Notes under the pieces: model-generated
Seen by the model: only the letters and a program-made list of their open reading frames with translations
Databases searched by the model: none
What the model was told of the DNA's origin: nothing
Shown: in pieces, positions 17,601 through 27,666 of the stretch
How positions within the stretch are numbered: the first letter of the stretch is position 1
Layout of the letters: each line of letters starts with the position of its first letter
Source of the DNA: a virus
Taxonomy: Duplodnaviria; Caudoviricetes
IMG/VR virus record: IMGVR_UViG_3300037400_003286
Length of the DNA stretch: 64,000 bases
Direction: 5' to 3' (one strand)
Position numbers and translations under genes: made by a program

Positions 17601-17658
17601 CAGAAGTCGTTGTCAATCTAAAGCCTAATTTATAAAGTCTATTTGCTGTGCGACTTCC
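17601..17658 (-). ncRNA. ACAGCAA RNA, copy E7
   Basis: GGAAGTCG-c-ACAGCAAA...CGACTTCT-G. Confidence 0.75.
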
Positions 17659-17674
17659 TTGAAATATATATTGT

Positions 17675-17774
17675 CGATCCTCCAACAGATTTTAAAGGTT
17701 AGACATTGTATTCATTAAACATAATCTATCAAATCTTATAAAAGAGTTTGCTGTATGTCTGTCCTCAAGGATCG
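17675..17774 (-). ncRNA. ACAGCAA RNA, copy E8 (extended stem)
   Basis: CGATCC...AGACAT-ACAGCAAA...ATGTCT...GGATCG; begins 15 nt after the vWA gene stop codon. Confidence 0.65.
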
Positions 17775-17789
17775 TAGTGTACAATATAT

Positions 17790-19142
17790 TTATCCTACAG
17801 CTTTCTTGTATTCATCAAGAAGTTTGTTAAGGAACGCTGTTCCATCAAAACCAACCTCAAGGAACTTAAGAAGCATTGGAGAATATCCAGACAGATAGAT
17901 ATTACCATTCTGATCCATCTCAGGTATCGTGATGTTTCTCTCGTTAAGGTTCCACCACACAATCTTTGTTGTGTATCCATGTTCCTTCCAGAGTCTTTCA
18001 AGTTCTGACTTTGACTGGCTAGAACCAACATCAAACTCACAATCAGAAAGAACAACCAAATATTCAGGAAGATCTGTAAGATCCTTCAGAAGTTCCATAA
18101 CCTTGCCGAAGTCAGTGTTAGAGCAATCTCCAGTATACATAGACTGGATCTCACGCTCATACTGATTCTTACAGTTTGAGAGGTTCTGCTTACGGTTCTC
18201 TGTACGATAACCCCATCCGTCATTATACACGTTCTCTACACCAAGTGTAAGAAGAGAAGGACGAGAGCTAAAGGTGATAACCTTATTTGGTGCATATGTG
18301 CTGCACTTTGCGATGTAATGGCCAATAGCATAAGCCTTACCGATAGAATCGTTTCCGTTGCACATAGAACCAGATGTATCAACGATAGGAATTGCGTTGA
18401 TCTTGATCTTCTCAATCTTATCGAAGAAGAGAACAGGATCGATCTTGTCACGGTTACGATAGATGTCGTACACTGTGGTTGTAGCGATCTTGAGTTCCTT
18501 CTTTCCAGAACGAACATCCTCAAGATACTTCTCAAATCTTGCCTTTGTATCTTCCTTTGTTTTGAAGCGATTGAAGTACTTGATCATAGCAAGAGAAGGG
18601 ACCTGCTCGAACTTGATCTCACGAGTATTCTTACGAGAAAGCTTGTTTTCTGTTGTATTACACTTGATAAAGTGTCCATACTGCTGCTTATTCATGCCCC
18701 AGTACTTTGCAATCTGACGTGCAATCATTAGGTTCTTGGAACTGTAGCGAGGCATCCACTTCTTTACAAGTTCATTACCATTTTCAATTTCTCTCTTGAG
18801 ATAGTCAAGAATATCAGCATCAATGTAATAATCACGACGCTTTGAATCATAAACGAATAGATCATCAACACGACCAGACTTCACAATATCCTCGATAGAA
18901 CATCCAGCCATGTGCATCAGCACACGTCCAAGATCTCTACGTCCGAGACCGAATCTTGGATCACGTACAAAACGAGCAAACAACTGGTCTTTCTCAGTGC
19001 TACCGATTTGTACCTCTGACAAATGATTCTGATAATACTCTGTCAAAAACAACAGGTTTAACAGATTGTCATCATTAATCTTGGTGAAAGCGATATCACC
19101 GTTCTCAGTTCTCTTCTGATTGAAAATTTCTTCGAGCTTCAT
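17790..19142 (-). CDS. DUF2828-like protein: helical N-domain plus C-terminal vWA domain (Ro60/TROVE-like architecture)
   Basis: TENG, RDPRFGLGRR, GRVDDL, KWMPR, VPSLAM; MIDAS motif DTSGSM...NTDF...LSDCEFD; IVWWNL, SGYSP. Confidence 0.8.
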   Translation of the reverse strand: MKLEEIFNQKRTENGDIAFTKINDDNLLNLLFLTEYYQNHLSEVQIGSTEKDQLFARFVRDPRFGLGRRDLGRVLMHMAGCSIEDIVKSGRVDDLFVYDSKRRDYYIDADILDYLKREIENGNELVKKWMPRYSSKNLMIARQIAKYWGMNKQQYGHFIKCNTTENKLSRKNTREIKFEQVPSLAMIKYFNRFKTKEDTKARFEKYLEDVRSGKKELKIATTTVYDIYRNRDKIDPVLFFDKIEKIKINAIPIVDTSGSMCNGNDSIGKAYAIGHYIAKCSTYAPNKVITFSSRPSLLTLGVENVYNDGWGYRTENRKQNLSNCKNQYEREIQSMYTGDCSNTDFGKVMELLKDLTDLPEYLVVLSDCEFDVGSSQSKSELERLWKEHGYTTKIVWWNLNERNITIPEMDQNGNIYLSGYSPMLLKFLEVGFDGTAFLNKLLDEYKKAVG

Positions 19143-19244
19143 TGTCTTTGTCTTTTATGTTTACGTTATTTTGCTTTTGTTTATCTTTATTGTTGCAAAT
19201 ATACAACTTTATTTTGAAATAGAAAAATATTTCTATAAAAATTT

Positions 19245-19694
19245 TTATTTTATTCCAGAATGCCCATATCCACCTCCTCGATCATCTTCTGTTTTAAAAC
19301 TATCAACTTCAATTAATTCAGCTTTTTCAACTTTCTTAAATACAAGTTGAGCTATACGATCACCTGGATTTACTGTAAATGGTTCTTCACCAAGATTAAT
19401 AAGAATAACTCCTATCTGGTCCGAATATTTCTGATCGATCGTTCCTGGCGTATTACATACAGAAATGCCGTACTTCAATGCCAAGCCAGAACGAGGTCTT
19501 ACCTGTGCTTCATAACAGCAACCATCATCTTGTGGCATTTGTATATACAATCCTGTAGGAATAAGTTTCCTTTTTAATGGATCGATCGTTACAGGCTCTG
19601 TTAAATTTGCTCTCAAATCCATTCCTGCATCACCAACATGAGCATATTCTGGTAATGGATTATTACTTTTATTTACAATTTTAACTTTAATCAT
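19245..19694 (-). CDS. dut: dUTPase (trimeric)
   Basis: AGMDL, RPRSGLA, GTID, RIAQL, RGGGYGHSG. Confidence 0.97.
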   Translation of the reverse strand: MIKVKIVNKSNNPLPEYAHVGDAGMDLRANLTEPVTIDPLKRKLIPTGLYIQMPQDDGCCYEAQVRPRSGLALKYGISVCNTPGTIDQKYSDQIGVILINLGEEPFTVNPGDRIAQLVFKKVEKAELIEVDSFKTEDDRGGGYGHSGIK

Positions 19695-19769
19695 GTTTAT
19701 ATTGTTTTAATTTACGTTGCAATTATGCATCTTTATTCTGATATATAAAAATATTTGTAGAAAATTACT

Positions 19770-20681
19770 TTATTCATAACCATCATATGCTGATTTCCAC
19801 TCACCGTTCTCACCTATGATTGCAACATATCCCTCAGAAGGATCATAATGATCTTCACAATATGGACAAATCCATCCATTAGATAAGTATCTTGCTGGCT
19901 TACCACATTCTATGCAGGTATGATAACTTATGTTTTCATATTTAGCTAATAATTTATACAACTCATGAGATCCGTAATTACAATATATCTGTAGCGATCC
20001 AAACTTTTCCTTAATATCCATTATTCTCCACTTATAACGAAATTTATCCTTCCTAAGCTGTTGATCGATCTCTTTCAACAATTCCTTACCAAAAGCTTTA
20101 TACCATCCTTTATATTGTTTAAGTGCATCCCATTCTGTATGTGTAGGAATACAATGGAAAAGTTGTAGCACATAATCATTCAGAAAATCGGCAACCTTAA
20201 TCTTAAAGTAAAGCCATTTATCATCAATTATGTTATCAATAAAGAATGTCTTTTCTGGAAGTTCATAGTTACGGTTGGGCACAACATAGAAATTAATCAT
20301 ATTGTTTCTATATTCAAATCCGATACGATCGATACTTCTTGAATGTTGAATAGGTATCTGTCTAATTGTTTTATCCTGATTCCTTAGAATAACATAACTG
20401 TCTGTTATTTCAAATTTAAGATCAATATTGAAATCATTCTTAAATGTTCTCTGTAACAGTCTTTCTCCATGTTCACACCATTCATCAATAGTATAAACAT
20501 GAGTGCACAATGTTTTAACAGCATGTTTATAATTATTAACGTGATATTGGTGAAGTTTCCAATTGTTATAGTGTAAACCAGTAAACCTGTTCCTCGGATA
20601 GAGGAACGGGTACTTAATACACATATATGTACTGGTTATCGCTTTCTTTATTTTATGTAATATTTTCATTATTCCTCCCAA
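19770..20681 (-). CDS. Hypothetical phage protein with C-terminal Zn ribbon
   Basis: IKEKFGSL.IY...TCIECG...C.YC..H. Confidence 0.7.
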   Translation of the reverse strand: MGGIMKILHKIKKAITSTYMCIKYPFLYPRNRFTGLHYNNWKLHQYHVNNYKHAVKTLCTHVYTIDEWCEHGERLLQRTFKNDFNIDLKFEITDSYVILRNQDKTIRQIPIQHSRSIDRIGFEYRNNMINFYVVPNRNYELPEKTFFIDNIIDDKWLYFKIKVADFLNDYVLQLFHCIPTHTEWDALKQYKGWYKAFGKELLKEIDQQLRKDKFRYKWRIMDIKEKFGSLQIYCNYGSHELYKLLAKYENISYHTCIECGKPARYLSNGWICPYCEDHYDPSEGYVAIIGENGEWKSAYDGYE

Positions 20682-22285
20682 TAATGTTTGGCATCACTGT
20701 AATAATGATCATTAATCTCATCATAAGTCTTGAATCCTCCGTCCTTACGAATTGCAGCAAACGCTTCCTTAATGTTATACATAGGATTATTTTCACGTTC
20801 ATCATAAGGAACAAACTTCATGTTATAAGGCTTCTCAAGATTATAAGATGATTTATATGCCTGCTGACTAACACCATCAATATACATTGAGAATTCTCCC
20901 TCATTAAGTGTCATTGTCTTAGCATATGAGAAATTATCCTTAATCCACCAGAAATATCTGTTAGCGAAAGTTGTATCAATACTGACACAACTAGCATCTT
21001 TGAAAATACTTAGAAGATCTTCCTTTGTAAACTCCTTATATTTCTGAGTATTACCACGACCAGTTGTCTTATATCCAAGATAAAGAACAGGCATCCATAC
21101 ACCTTTGAATCTGTTAGAAATCTTATTTGTCAATTCAACACCAAGATACTCAGGAATCAAATGAGCTACAATATACTTATGACTTGCATCCCAACTTGTT
21201 TTACCCTTGTTAATAGTATTCTCGAAATCAATAAGTATGTCGGCATCTTCGACACTGAACACAGATACACCAATACCATCAACATATTTCATAAAAATAG
21301 AATTGATGTTTTTGTCTTTAATTACCTTTTTACAATCTTTTGCATTAATTGTAACATTGATGATGTGTCCCTGTTCCTTGATATATTGGAAAAGTTCCTC
21401 AAGATTAGGATAAAGCAGAATATTACCACCACCTATTGAGAATTCGATACGATGATAATTGTTCTTACGTGGTGTTCCTGCGTTTGAAATCATTGATTTC
21501 AGGAACGAAACATCAGCGTGCTTACCGTTCTTTGTGGCACTCATGTAACACATAGGACATCCATGTTCACATGCATTCGTAATCTTAAGATCAATCAGTT
21601 CTGGATAATCAGGAACAATTTCACCTTTAGATGTTGCGAAACGGATTTTTCCACAGAAACTGTTCTTTATAGGTCTGCGATCTGGATCATATCCATCATC
21701 TTCGTTTTTGTCTTTAATATGAACATAGTCACGAGAATCACCATATCCTACCCAATAGTTACCGTTTTTGGTTACACCCATATGTTGGAACGAATTGCTA
21801 CTATATTCGATCATATCTGGATCTGGACACTCAACATGTCCTTCAATAGTATCATATACGAAATCAGCCTCATCAGATCCACCAACAATTATGATGTCAT
21901 CATCTTCAATTACATTCTTCAGATAATCAACACTAGCCTCTATATTGTTAGGAAATGCAAGATTACCTCTACAATACATACCGAAACTATACTCAGTCTT
22001 ATCTTCCATCTCATCCTTGATAAGAGGGAAATACTGTTTCATCTCTGGATAGATAGATGACATGATCTTAACCAGAGGCTCATTATACATAATATCAGCG
22101 AGAACATACTTGATCTTTGCTTCACGGGATGCTGCAATCGTACTTGTGAATCGATCATAATAATTCGTCTCGAAAATATCAAGATCCTTGAAAAGCTCAC
22201 CGTCATTACGATAGATAAGCGAATGTGTTGAACTACTGTTTGTTGCTAGTCCCTTTCTGAAATTCTTTAGATAAACTGCTTTCAT
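20669..22285 (-). CDS. Radical SAM protein with an N-terminal TNSSS-motif domain
   Basis: IDLKITNACEHGCPMCY (CxxxCxxC), SIGGGN; N-terminus RKGLATNSSSTHS. Confidence 0.85.
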   Translation of the reverse strand: MKAVYLKNFRKGLATNSSSTHSLIYRNDGELFKDLDIFETNYYDRFTSTIAASREAKIKYVLADIMYNEPLVKIMSSIYPEMKQYFPLIKDEMEDKTEYSFGMYCRGNLAFPNNIEASVDYLKNVIEDDDIIIVGGSDEADFVYDTIEGHVECPDPDMIEYSSNSFQHMGVTKNGNYWVGYGDSRDYVHIKDKNEDDGYDPDRRPIKNSFCGKIRFATSKGEIVPDYPELIDLKITNACEHGCPMCYMSATKNGKHADVSFLKSMISNAGTPRKNNYHRIEFSIGGGNILLYPNLEELFQYIKEQGHIINVTINAKDCKKVIKDKNINSIFMKYVDGIGVSVFSVEDADILIDFENTINKGKTSWDASHKYIVAHLIPEYLGVELTNKISNRFKGVWMPVLYLGYKTTGRGNTQKYKEFTKEDLLSIFKDASCVSIDTTFANRYFWWIKDNFSYAKTMTLNEGEFSMYIDGVSQQAYKSSYNLEKPYNMKFVPYDERENNPMYNIKEAFAAIRKDGGFKTYDEINDHYYSDAKHYWEE

Positions 22286-22357
22286 TGTTATAATTGTTTT
22301 TATTATCTTTTAAAGTTATATATATTCGGCAATAAACTTGATTTATTGCCAGAAATG

Positions 22358-23158
22358 TTACATTTTTCTGAATGATGTCTTCAAATCAAAACCATGAGAC
22401 AAAATCTTTGTCTTATTATCTGGAGTTGATATTGGCTCTTGTTTTATGCTCCATAAGAAATTCTCAATATTAATATATGTGTTCAAATCATTAAGATCAT
22501 CATACCAATATTTAAGAATGTTCATATTCAGCTTGCTAAAGCAAAGATCTGTTACATAATGGACTCTTTTCTTTCCTGTATCCTTATCACACAGATAATT
22601 CCAATATGCTCCGCCATCATATAAGATTGTATCGAATTTTGTCCATACTGGTGATTTGAGTTTATCGAATATCTCCTTACATTCAACCTTCCAAGTAAAA
22701 CGACGAATATATTCTGAGCAATCCCTGGAATCAACAAAGCATTTCACATCCTTGAAATGAGGAACCTTTGAAACTTCTTTGTTTGCGAGATCGATCAACA
22801 GATTTGGATTTCCATTTGATAGAGCATCAACTATCTGTTTACTCAATATAATATAAATATGCTCTGGATAATCCGTTACTGATGTATATTTAACCCTCGC
22901 TACTGGTTGAGAATAGACATATGGATACACGCCAAAGATGAAATTGTCAAACGTTATGTTACCGTCCTTCTCGTTTCTTGGATTATGTGAATAATATCCA
23001 TAATATGAATTGTAATACGGTATATGGATATTTGGATTATCAAACAGTTTATCATACATATCATAAGATACGCCAATATTGCGGACATAAATTATATCCG
23101 CATCATGATCCTGTACAAGATAATCGTAAAAATCCTTATATTTAGAACATATCTTCAT
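22358..23158 (-). CDS. Hypothetical phage protein
   Basis: N-terminal KDFYD and C-terminal HGFDLKTSFR. Confidence 0.75.
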   Translation of the reverse strand: MKICSKYKDFYDYLVQDHDADIIYVRNIGVSYDMYDKLFDNPNIHIPYYNSYYGYYSHNPRNEKDGNITFDNFIFGVYPYVYSQPVARVKYTSVTDYPEHIYIILSKQIVDALSNGNPNLLIDLANKEVSKVPHFKDVKCFVDSRDCSEYIRRFTWKVECKEIFDKLKSPVWTKFDTILYDGGAYWNYLCDKDTGKKRVHYVTDLCFSKLNMNILKYWYDDLNDLNTYINIENFLWSIKQEPISTPDNKTKILSHGFDLKTSFRKM

Positions 23159-23269
23159 CGCCTATATACTTTTCTAACTTATCGTATACTTCCTTATTTT
23201 TAGTAAACTCAAGGCCAGAATATCTTAATGCTGACATAATCTGAGTTATTTCGCTTGATGATAAATCTA

Positions 23270-23599
23270 TTAACATTTTCTATTCTTTTCTAGTTTTGCA
23301 AATTCCTTTCTATCCCTTCGAGCTATTCTCATACCTTTTCTTGCATATTTGAGAACCTCTTTCTTAACTTTGTCATCAAGATTAAGCAAATCTATATGAT
23401 CTATAATAAACTTTGTTTCAATAATCGATCTATCACAGCTTTCAACATCAACAAGAGTATCTGAACTTATCAGGCAAACAAGATAAAGATATCTGCTTTC
23501 ATCGTGCTTAAGTATCTCTGATAATGTTACAACCTTATGACAAAACTCGAACAATTTATCATTATCTTGAATATGATGAACTAAATCAAATCTTTCCAT
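23270..23599 (-). CDS. Hypothetical protein
   Basis: 109-aa ORF overlapping the end of the upstream gene. Confidence 0.65.
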   Translation of the reverse strand: MERFDLVHHIQDNDKLFEFCHKVVTLSEILKHDESRYLYLVCLISSDTLVDVESCDRSIIETKFIIDHIDLLNLDDKVKKEVLKYARKGMRIARRDRKEFAKLEKNRKC

Positions 23600-24117
23600 C
23601 CTGGATTCTCCTCCTCTCTTTGTTTTTCCATTGCCTGTTCATAATCCCAAATTTCATCATACTTATCATCAATACTCCAACTTGGGACAAATATATCATT
23701 TGCCTTACACATAAGTAACATACGTGCAGCACCTTCCAACGGCGTTTCTCCTTCAGCTTCTATATATGACTTGCCATTATTGAATGTAGGTAGTTCCTTG
23801 TCTTCCCCTTCCTTCAACTTGAAATAATACGTCCATACATAGAAAGATGCATCTTTTAAGAATCCTAGAGGAGCACCAACATCATTAACAAAAGGATATT
23901 CATTCAAAAGATATAGAATATCAGCCAATGTGTATGTAGGAATAACGTGTTCAGAACTATATTCCTTAACCTCATCTTTATCGACTATATAATATTCATT
24001 ATCTTTCTTGACATAAAACCAAACAGCATTCTCCATTGTGATTCCTGCTTCCCTTAGTTTCTTACACCACCAGGGAGAAAGAAACGTATGTACTGTGTAT
24101 TTACCAAACTTAATCAT
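23581..24117 (-). CDS. Hypothetical protein (start revised to ATG 24117)
   Basis: The track's MLYICN N-terminus is a translation of the promoter; PTYTLADIL motif. Confidence 0.7.
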   Translation of the reverse strand: MIKFGKYTVHTFLSPWWCKKLREAGITMENAVWFYVKKDNEYYIVDKDEVKEYSSEHVIPTYTLADILYLLNEYPFVNDVGAPLGFLKDASFYVWTYYFKLKEGEDKELPTFNNGKSYIEAEGETPLEGAARMLLMCKANDIFVPSWSIDDKYDEIWDYEQAMEKQREEENPGWKDLI

Positions 24118-24172
24118 ATTGCAAATATACAACAAAAAATCGAGATTTGAAAATTGATATCGATTTATTTTT

Positions 24173-24880
24173 TTAACGAATACCGTATTCGTGTGTGTTT
24201 ATATCCTTCCAAACAGTTATACTTTTACGTTCCATATCATCACCAACAGTATTAAGTAGATATGATTTAACCGTACAGAAAGAGAAATCCTCATTCTTAA
24301 GATGTTCTGCATTTTCCATTTCCTCAAACTCTGAAATAGTATGTCCATCTCTATCGATCAATGTATTATAATATTCACATAACGATGAATCATTATAATC
24401 ATATCCTTCATCTGGACAATCTGGATATCCATAATTATATTCTCCATATTCGTCAAACGTCATAGGAAGTTTAGATTCATCGATATCATATTCATCACAA
24501 ACATCCTTTGCATGCTGTAATGCTTTATCTGGATCTGTAAATATTCCTTCTACATGATCCCACGAATCTTCATATTGACCACCATGAGATTCAACAATAT
24601 AAATTCTGTTTTCTGCCAATCTTTCAGCAATATCTCTTTCAATCACACACAAATCTTGTATTTCTCTTGTGGATATATCGTAAAGTTCATGTCCAGTTTT
24701 TGTTATTTTCATTGGTTTCAAACAAACCTCAACAACCTTAATAGGTTCATTAAAACAATAGACATGAATATCGTTATAATCAACATTGTTTTTATCCTTA
24801 TATAGATCTATCCTTTTCTTTTCTGTTTCAGTCAATGAATCATAAGGATAAAAAATCTCTTTAGCTGAATTTTGTTTCAT
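24173..24880 (-). CDS. Hypothetical protein
   Basis: 235-aa ORF with ATGA overlap to the upstream gene. Confidence 0.75.
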   Translation of the reverse strand: MKQNSAKEIFYPYDSLTETEKKRIDLYKDKNNVDYNDIHVYCFNEPIKVVEVCLKPMKITKTGHELYDISTREIQDLCVIERDIAERLAENRIYIVESHGGQYEDSWDHVEGIFTDPDKALQHAKDVCDEYDIDESKLPMTFDEYGEYNYGYPDCPDEGYDYNDSSLCEYYNTLIDRDGHTISEFEEMENAEHLKNEDFSFCTVKSYLLNTVGDDMERKSITVWKDINTHEYGIR

Positions 24881-25482
24881 AAGTTTTCGTATAATAATGT
24901 TAAATGATTTTTCTTAATATCTGGTGCAAAACCTAATCTGTTTATACATTTGTTTTCAAATGCAAGCGTATTGAACGGAGCCGTTACAAGATGCATACCT
25001 GTTCTTGTTGGAACAATGAGAACAACCTTATCTTTAAGTTCATCGTAGATGTTATCAAAGAAAATCATCTGTTCCTCGTCTATACCAACGACAAACTTCT
25101 TGTCTTTCCTATTGACATATTTTCCAGAGCAATGTTCATAAACAGAATATGGTTTACCGTAATTATGTGCTGCGGCTCTTGCGGCAGATTCGGCGGCAGT
25201 ATCCATAAGAATCTGATCGTACATTTTGTAATTAACAGAAATATACGCTCTCATTCTAAGTGCGTCACACACCTTCTTTATCTCAGGTTCATATTGATCA
25301 AACTTATCAATACATGGAAAATAATAATTCTTGAAATGCCTGTTTGCTGCTGGCATATCTGGATTATCCTTACCACGAGACATAATTTCCACAACATAAT
25401 GTTTCAATAAACTTGATTCATTATGTTGTGGAATCCCGTTATCTATAAGATATTGTCTTATAAGCTTAAAATTGTCAGTCAT
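24877..25482 (-). CDS. Hypothetical phage protein
   Basis: R.KDNP, RAYISVN, PT.TG.HLVT.PFN; downstream of promoter 25503. Confidence 0.75.
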   Translation of the reverse strand: MTDNFKLIRQYLIDNGIPQHNESSLLKHYVVEIMSRGKDNPDMPAANRHFKNYYFPCIDKFDQYEPEIKKVCDALRMRAYISVNYKMYDQILMDTAAESAARAAAHNYGKPYSVYEHCSGKYVNRKDKKFVVGIDEEQMIFFDNIYDELKDKVVLIVPTRTGMHLVTAPFNTLAFENKCINRLGFAPDIKKNHLTLLYENL

Positions 25483-25602
25483 ATTAAGTTATAATTATTC
25501 TGTTGCAAATATACAACTTTTATATTAATATGAAAAACAAATTGAGTAATAAATTAACATTGCTTAAGTATATCTAAAAATTAATATCTGTTTTAAGATA
25601 TT

Positions 25603-27666
25603 TTAATATTTTGCTATTTGAGAATATGTTAATCCTCCACCATAATTAAATCCTCCACCTATCGTTTGTCCGTATGTGACCTGTGCAAAATCTATATAAT
25701 TATTTTCTGGTTGAACATGTGAGTCATTTTCATCAAGATTATACAATCCAGCAAAATCATCATCACTCATTTCTGGATTATCCATAGCCCATTTTTGTAT
25801 AATCTCATTTATTATATAAACTTTTAATCTTTCAGCCTTAAATTGAATATATTCATCTATCCATGATATAAACGTTTTTTCATCAAGCATTCTCGGAATA
25901 TGATTGAACACTGGCATAGACAAGTCATCATGACAAGCGATACCTTTTATTTTTCCTCTAACATATCCAAAAGATTTCATTTGTTCAAATGTATCAACAC
26001 AAGTAACGATTGTTCTGTGCATTGATATAAGTTTATTACCCTTTATACAGTAATGCTCCTTGTTTGTTGTTGTCTTGAATCCATACTTTCTCTTTTGCTG
26101 CTCACCAGGAATAGGTTTCTTGTGATATGTTTTCAACACTGTTGATCCTGTGTATAGTTGATGTCTCTTGAATTCCTCGAAGAAAGACTTTCCATTGAAA
26201 TTCATCTCAACCATCACACGGACATTGTTTCTCTCATGATCCTTAAACAAGTTATACGAAAGAGCAGAGCATACCCTTGCTGCCTGGATTTCATCTTCAG
26301 AACTGTTCTTATATTTACCCACCTGAACAAATCTTATACAGTCTTGTGTTCTGCAACTAAGATTTGAATATCTCTTTATATTAGATGGTGAATTCAAAAC
26401 AACTTTGAATATGTTGATTGTGTTAGCATCTGGCGTTTTCTCTTTAGTCTGGAAACGCTCATCTGGATCTCCATTACCTTCTGCAATATCAACAAGGAAT
26501 ACGAATATGTCGTTTTCATCTATATTGTTAGGATCAAAATCAGGATGCCATGTAATATGTTCATCATTTACATATTGGTTATTTACATAGATTGTTTTAT
26601 GAACATATTGTTTAACCAATCTGTCTGTAAAGTTCATATCTTCAGATTTCATAAGCATCTTTGAATTCTTATTAAACTGAAGTTCAAACTCCTGAGCAAA
26701 TTCCTCTTCACCAAAGTCTGCTTTCATTTGTGCAGCCCACGCATCATCATGACCAGGAACCTCCCAATAGTCTGTTCTTATGTATCTAAATGAATTCTTT
26801 TTCTCTATAGCACCAGATACAATTTCATAAAATTTATTTGTTGTTCCGTTTGGCGTTGATGTGATAATGCATTGAGATACTCTAGACGAAGACAAAGTAG
26901 GATAAACTGATCTCCAGAAGTTATTTACAATATTATCTGGAATATGTGCAAACTCATCAAGAAGTACACAGTGAATTGTAAAACCGATAGATGCTGTATT
27001 CGTTGTAGCAGATGAAAGAATCTTTGAGCCATTATCAAGCTTCAAAGCAGTCTTACCCCATTGTTCTGTTCCAGGCTTAAGCCAGAAAGGAAGACCTTTG
27101 AATATATTAATAATCTTATCAACAATCTCAATAGCGGTCTTTTCTTTATTAGCAACAATAAGAATATTTCTGTCTATGTGAAAGATAAGCATCCATGAAA
27201 GGAACACAGCAATAGTGGTTGTATTATGAGATAATATATCATTTGTATAATAACGATGATTTGGATGATCGATCGTCATATCATACATCATAAACTTATA
27301 AGGGCATTTATATAAGTATGATATTATTTCTGGCCCATCTATAGTTTCTATATAATCCCCAACTTCCAGATCTTTAACAAAAACTTGTTCTTTATTTTCA
27401 TTATAAACTATATGATTATCAGCACATTCTATATGTTTTCCACTTTCTGTTCTAATTTCATAAACAGTATATGGCTGTGTAATATGAATTTGCGACGCAT
27501 ATTCATATCCAGTATCGGTTAAAACTTTAGATTTTATATTAATAGAATTAATTATCTTTTTTGATATGTCATTTTCATCGAAGGAATATTCATAATATTC
27601 CAAACGTTCAACATACTCTATTAATTTTCCTATAAAATTTTTTAATATACGTTTAATTCTATTCAT
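25603..27666 (-). CDS. terL: Terminase large subunit, C-part, fused to a split-intein C-fragment (aa 1-148, 27223-27666)
   Basis: Intein blocks CADNH and YYTNDILSHN|T; then TTT, ANK, LLDEFAH (Walker B), ITSTPNG, FAQEF, VDIAEG and HDD nuclease motifs of T4 gp17 type. Confidence 0.93.
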   Translation of the reverse strand: MNRIKRILKNFIGKLIEYVERLEYYEYSFDENDISKKIINSINIKSKVLTDTGYEYASQIHITQPYTVYEIRTESGKHIECADNHIVYNENKEQVFVKDLEVGDYIETIDGPEIISYLYKCPYKFMMYDMTIDHPNHRYYTNDILSHNTTTIAVFLSWMLIFHIDRNILIVANKEKTAIEIVDKIINIFKGLPFWLKPGTEQWGKTALKLDNGSKILSSATTNTASIGFTIHCVLLDEFAHIPDNIVNNFWRSVYPTLSSSRVSQCIITSTPNGTTNKFYEIVSGAIEKKNSFRYIRTDYWEVPGHDDAWAAQMKADFGEEEFAQEFELQFNKNSKMLMKSEDMNFTDRLVKQYVHKTIYVNNQYVNDEHITWHPDFDPNNIDENDIFVFLVDIAEGNGDPDERFQTKEKTPDANTINIFKVVLNSPSNIKRYSNLSCRTQDCIRFVQVGKYKNSSEDEIQAARVCSALSYNLFKDHERNNVRVMVEMNFNGKSFFEEFKRHQLYTGSTVLKTYHKKPIPGEQQKRKYGFKTTTNKEHYCIKGNKLISMHRTIVTCVDTFEQMKSFGYVRGKIKGIACHDDLSMPVFNHIPRMLDEKTFISWIDEYIQFKAERLKVYIINEIIQKWAMDNPEMSDDDFAGLYNLDENDSHVQPENNYIDFAQVTYGQTIGGGFNYGGGLTYSQIAKY

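Noticed and set aside
5310-17774. ACAGCAA units as canonical Y RNA/YrlA or as terminators
   Set aside because: They lack the bulged-C Ro-binding helix and the permuted tRNA module. The loops are too large for terminators and there is no U tract. They are kept only as possible analogues.
9041-24135. Shared MYICNM N-terminus as a protein motif
   Set aside because: It is the translation of the promoter TTGTATATTTGCAATATG. The real starts are the downstream ATGs.
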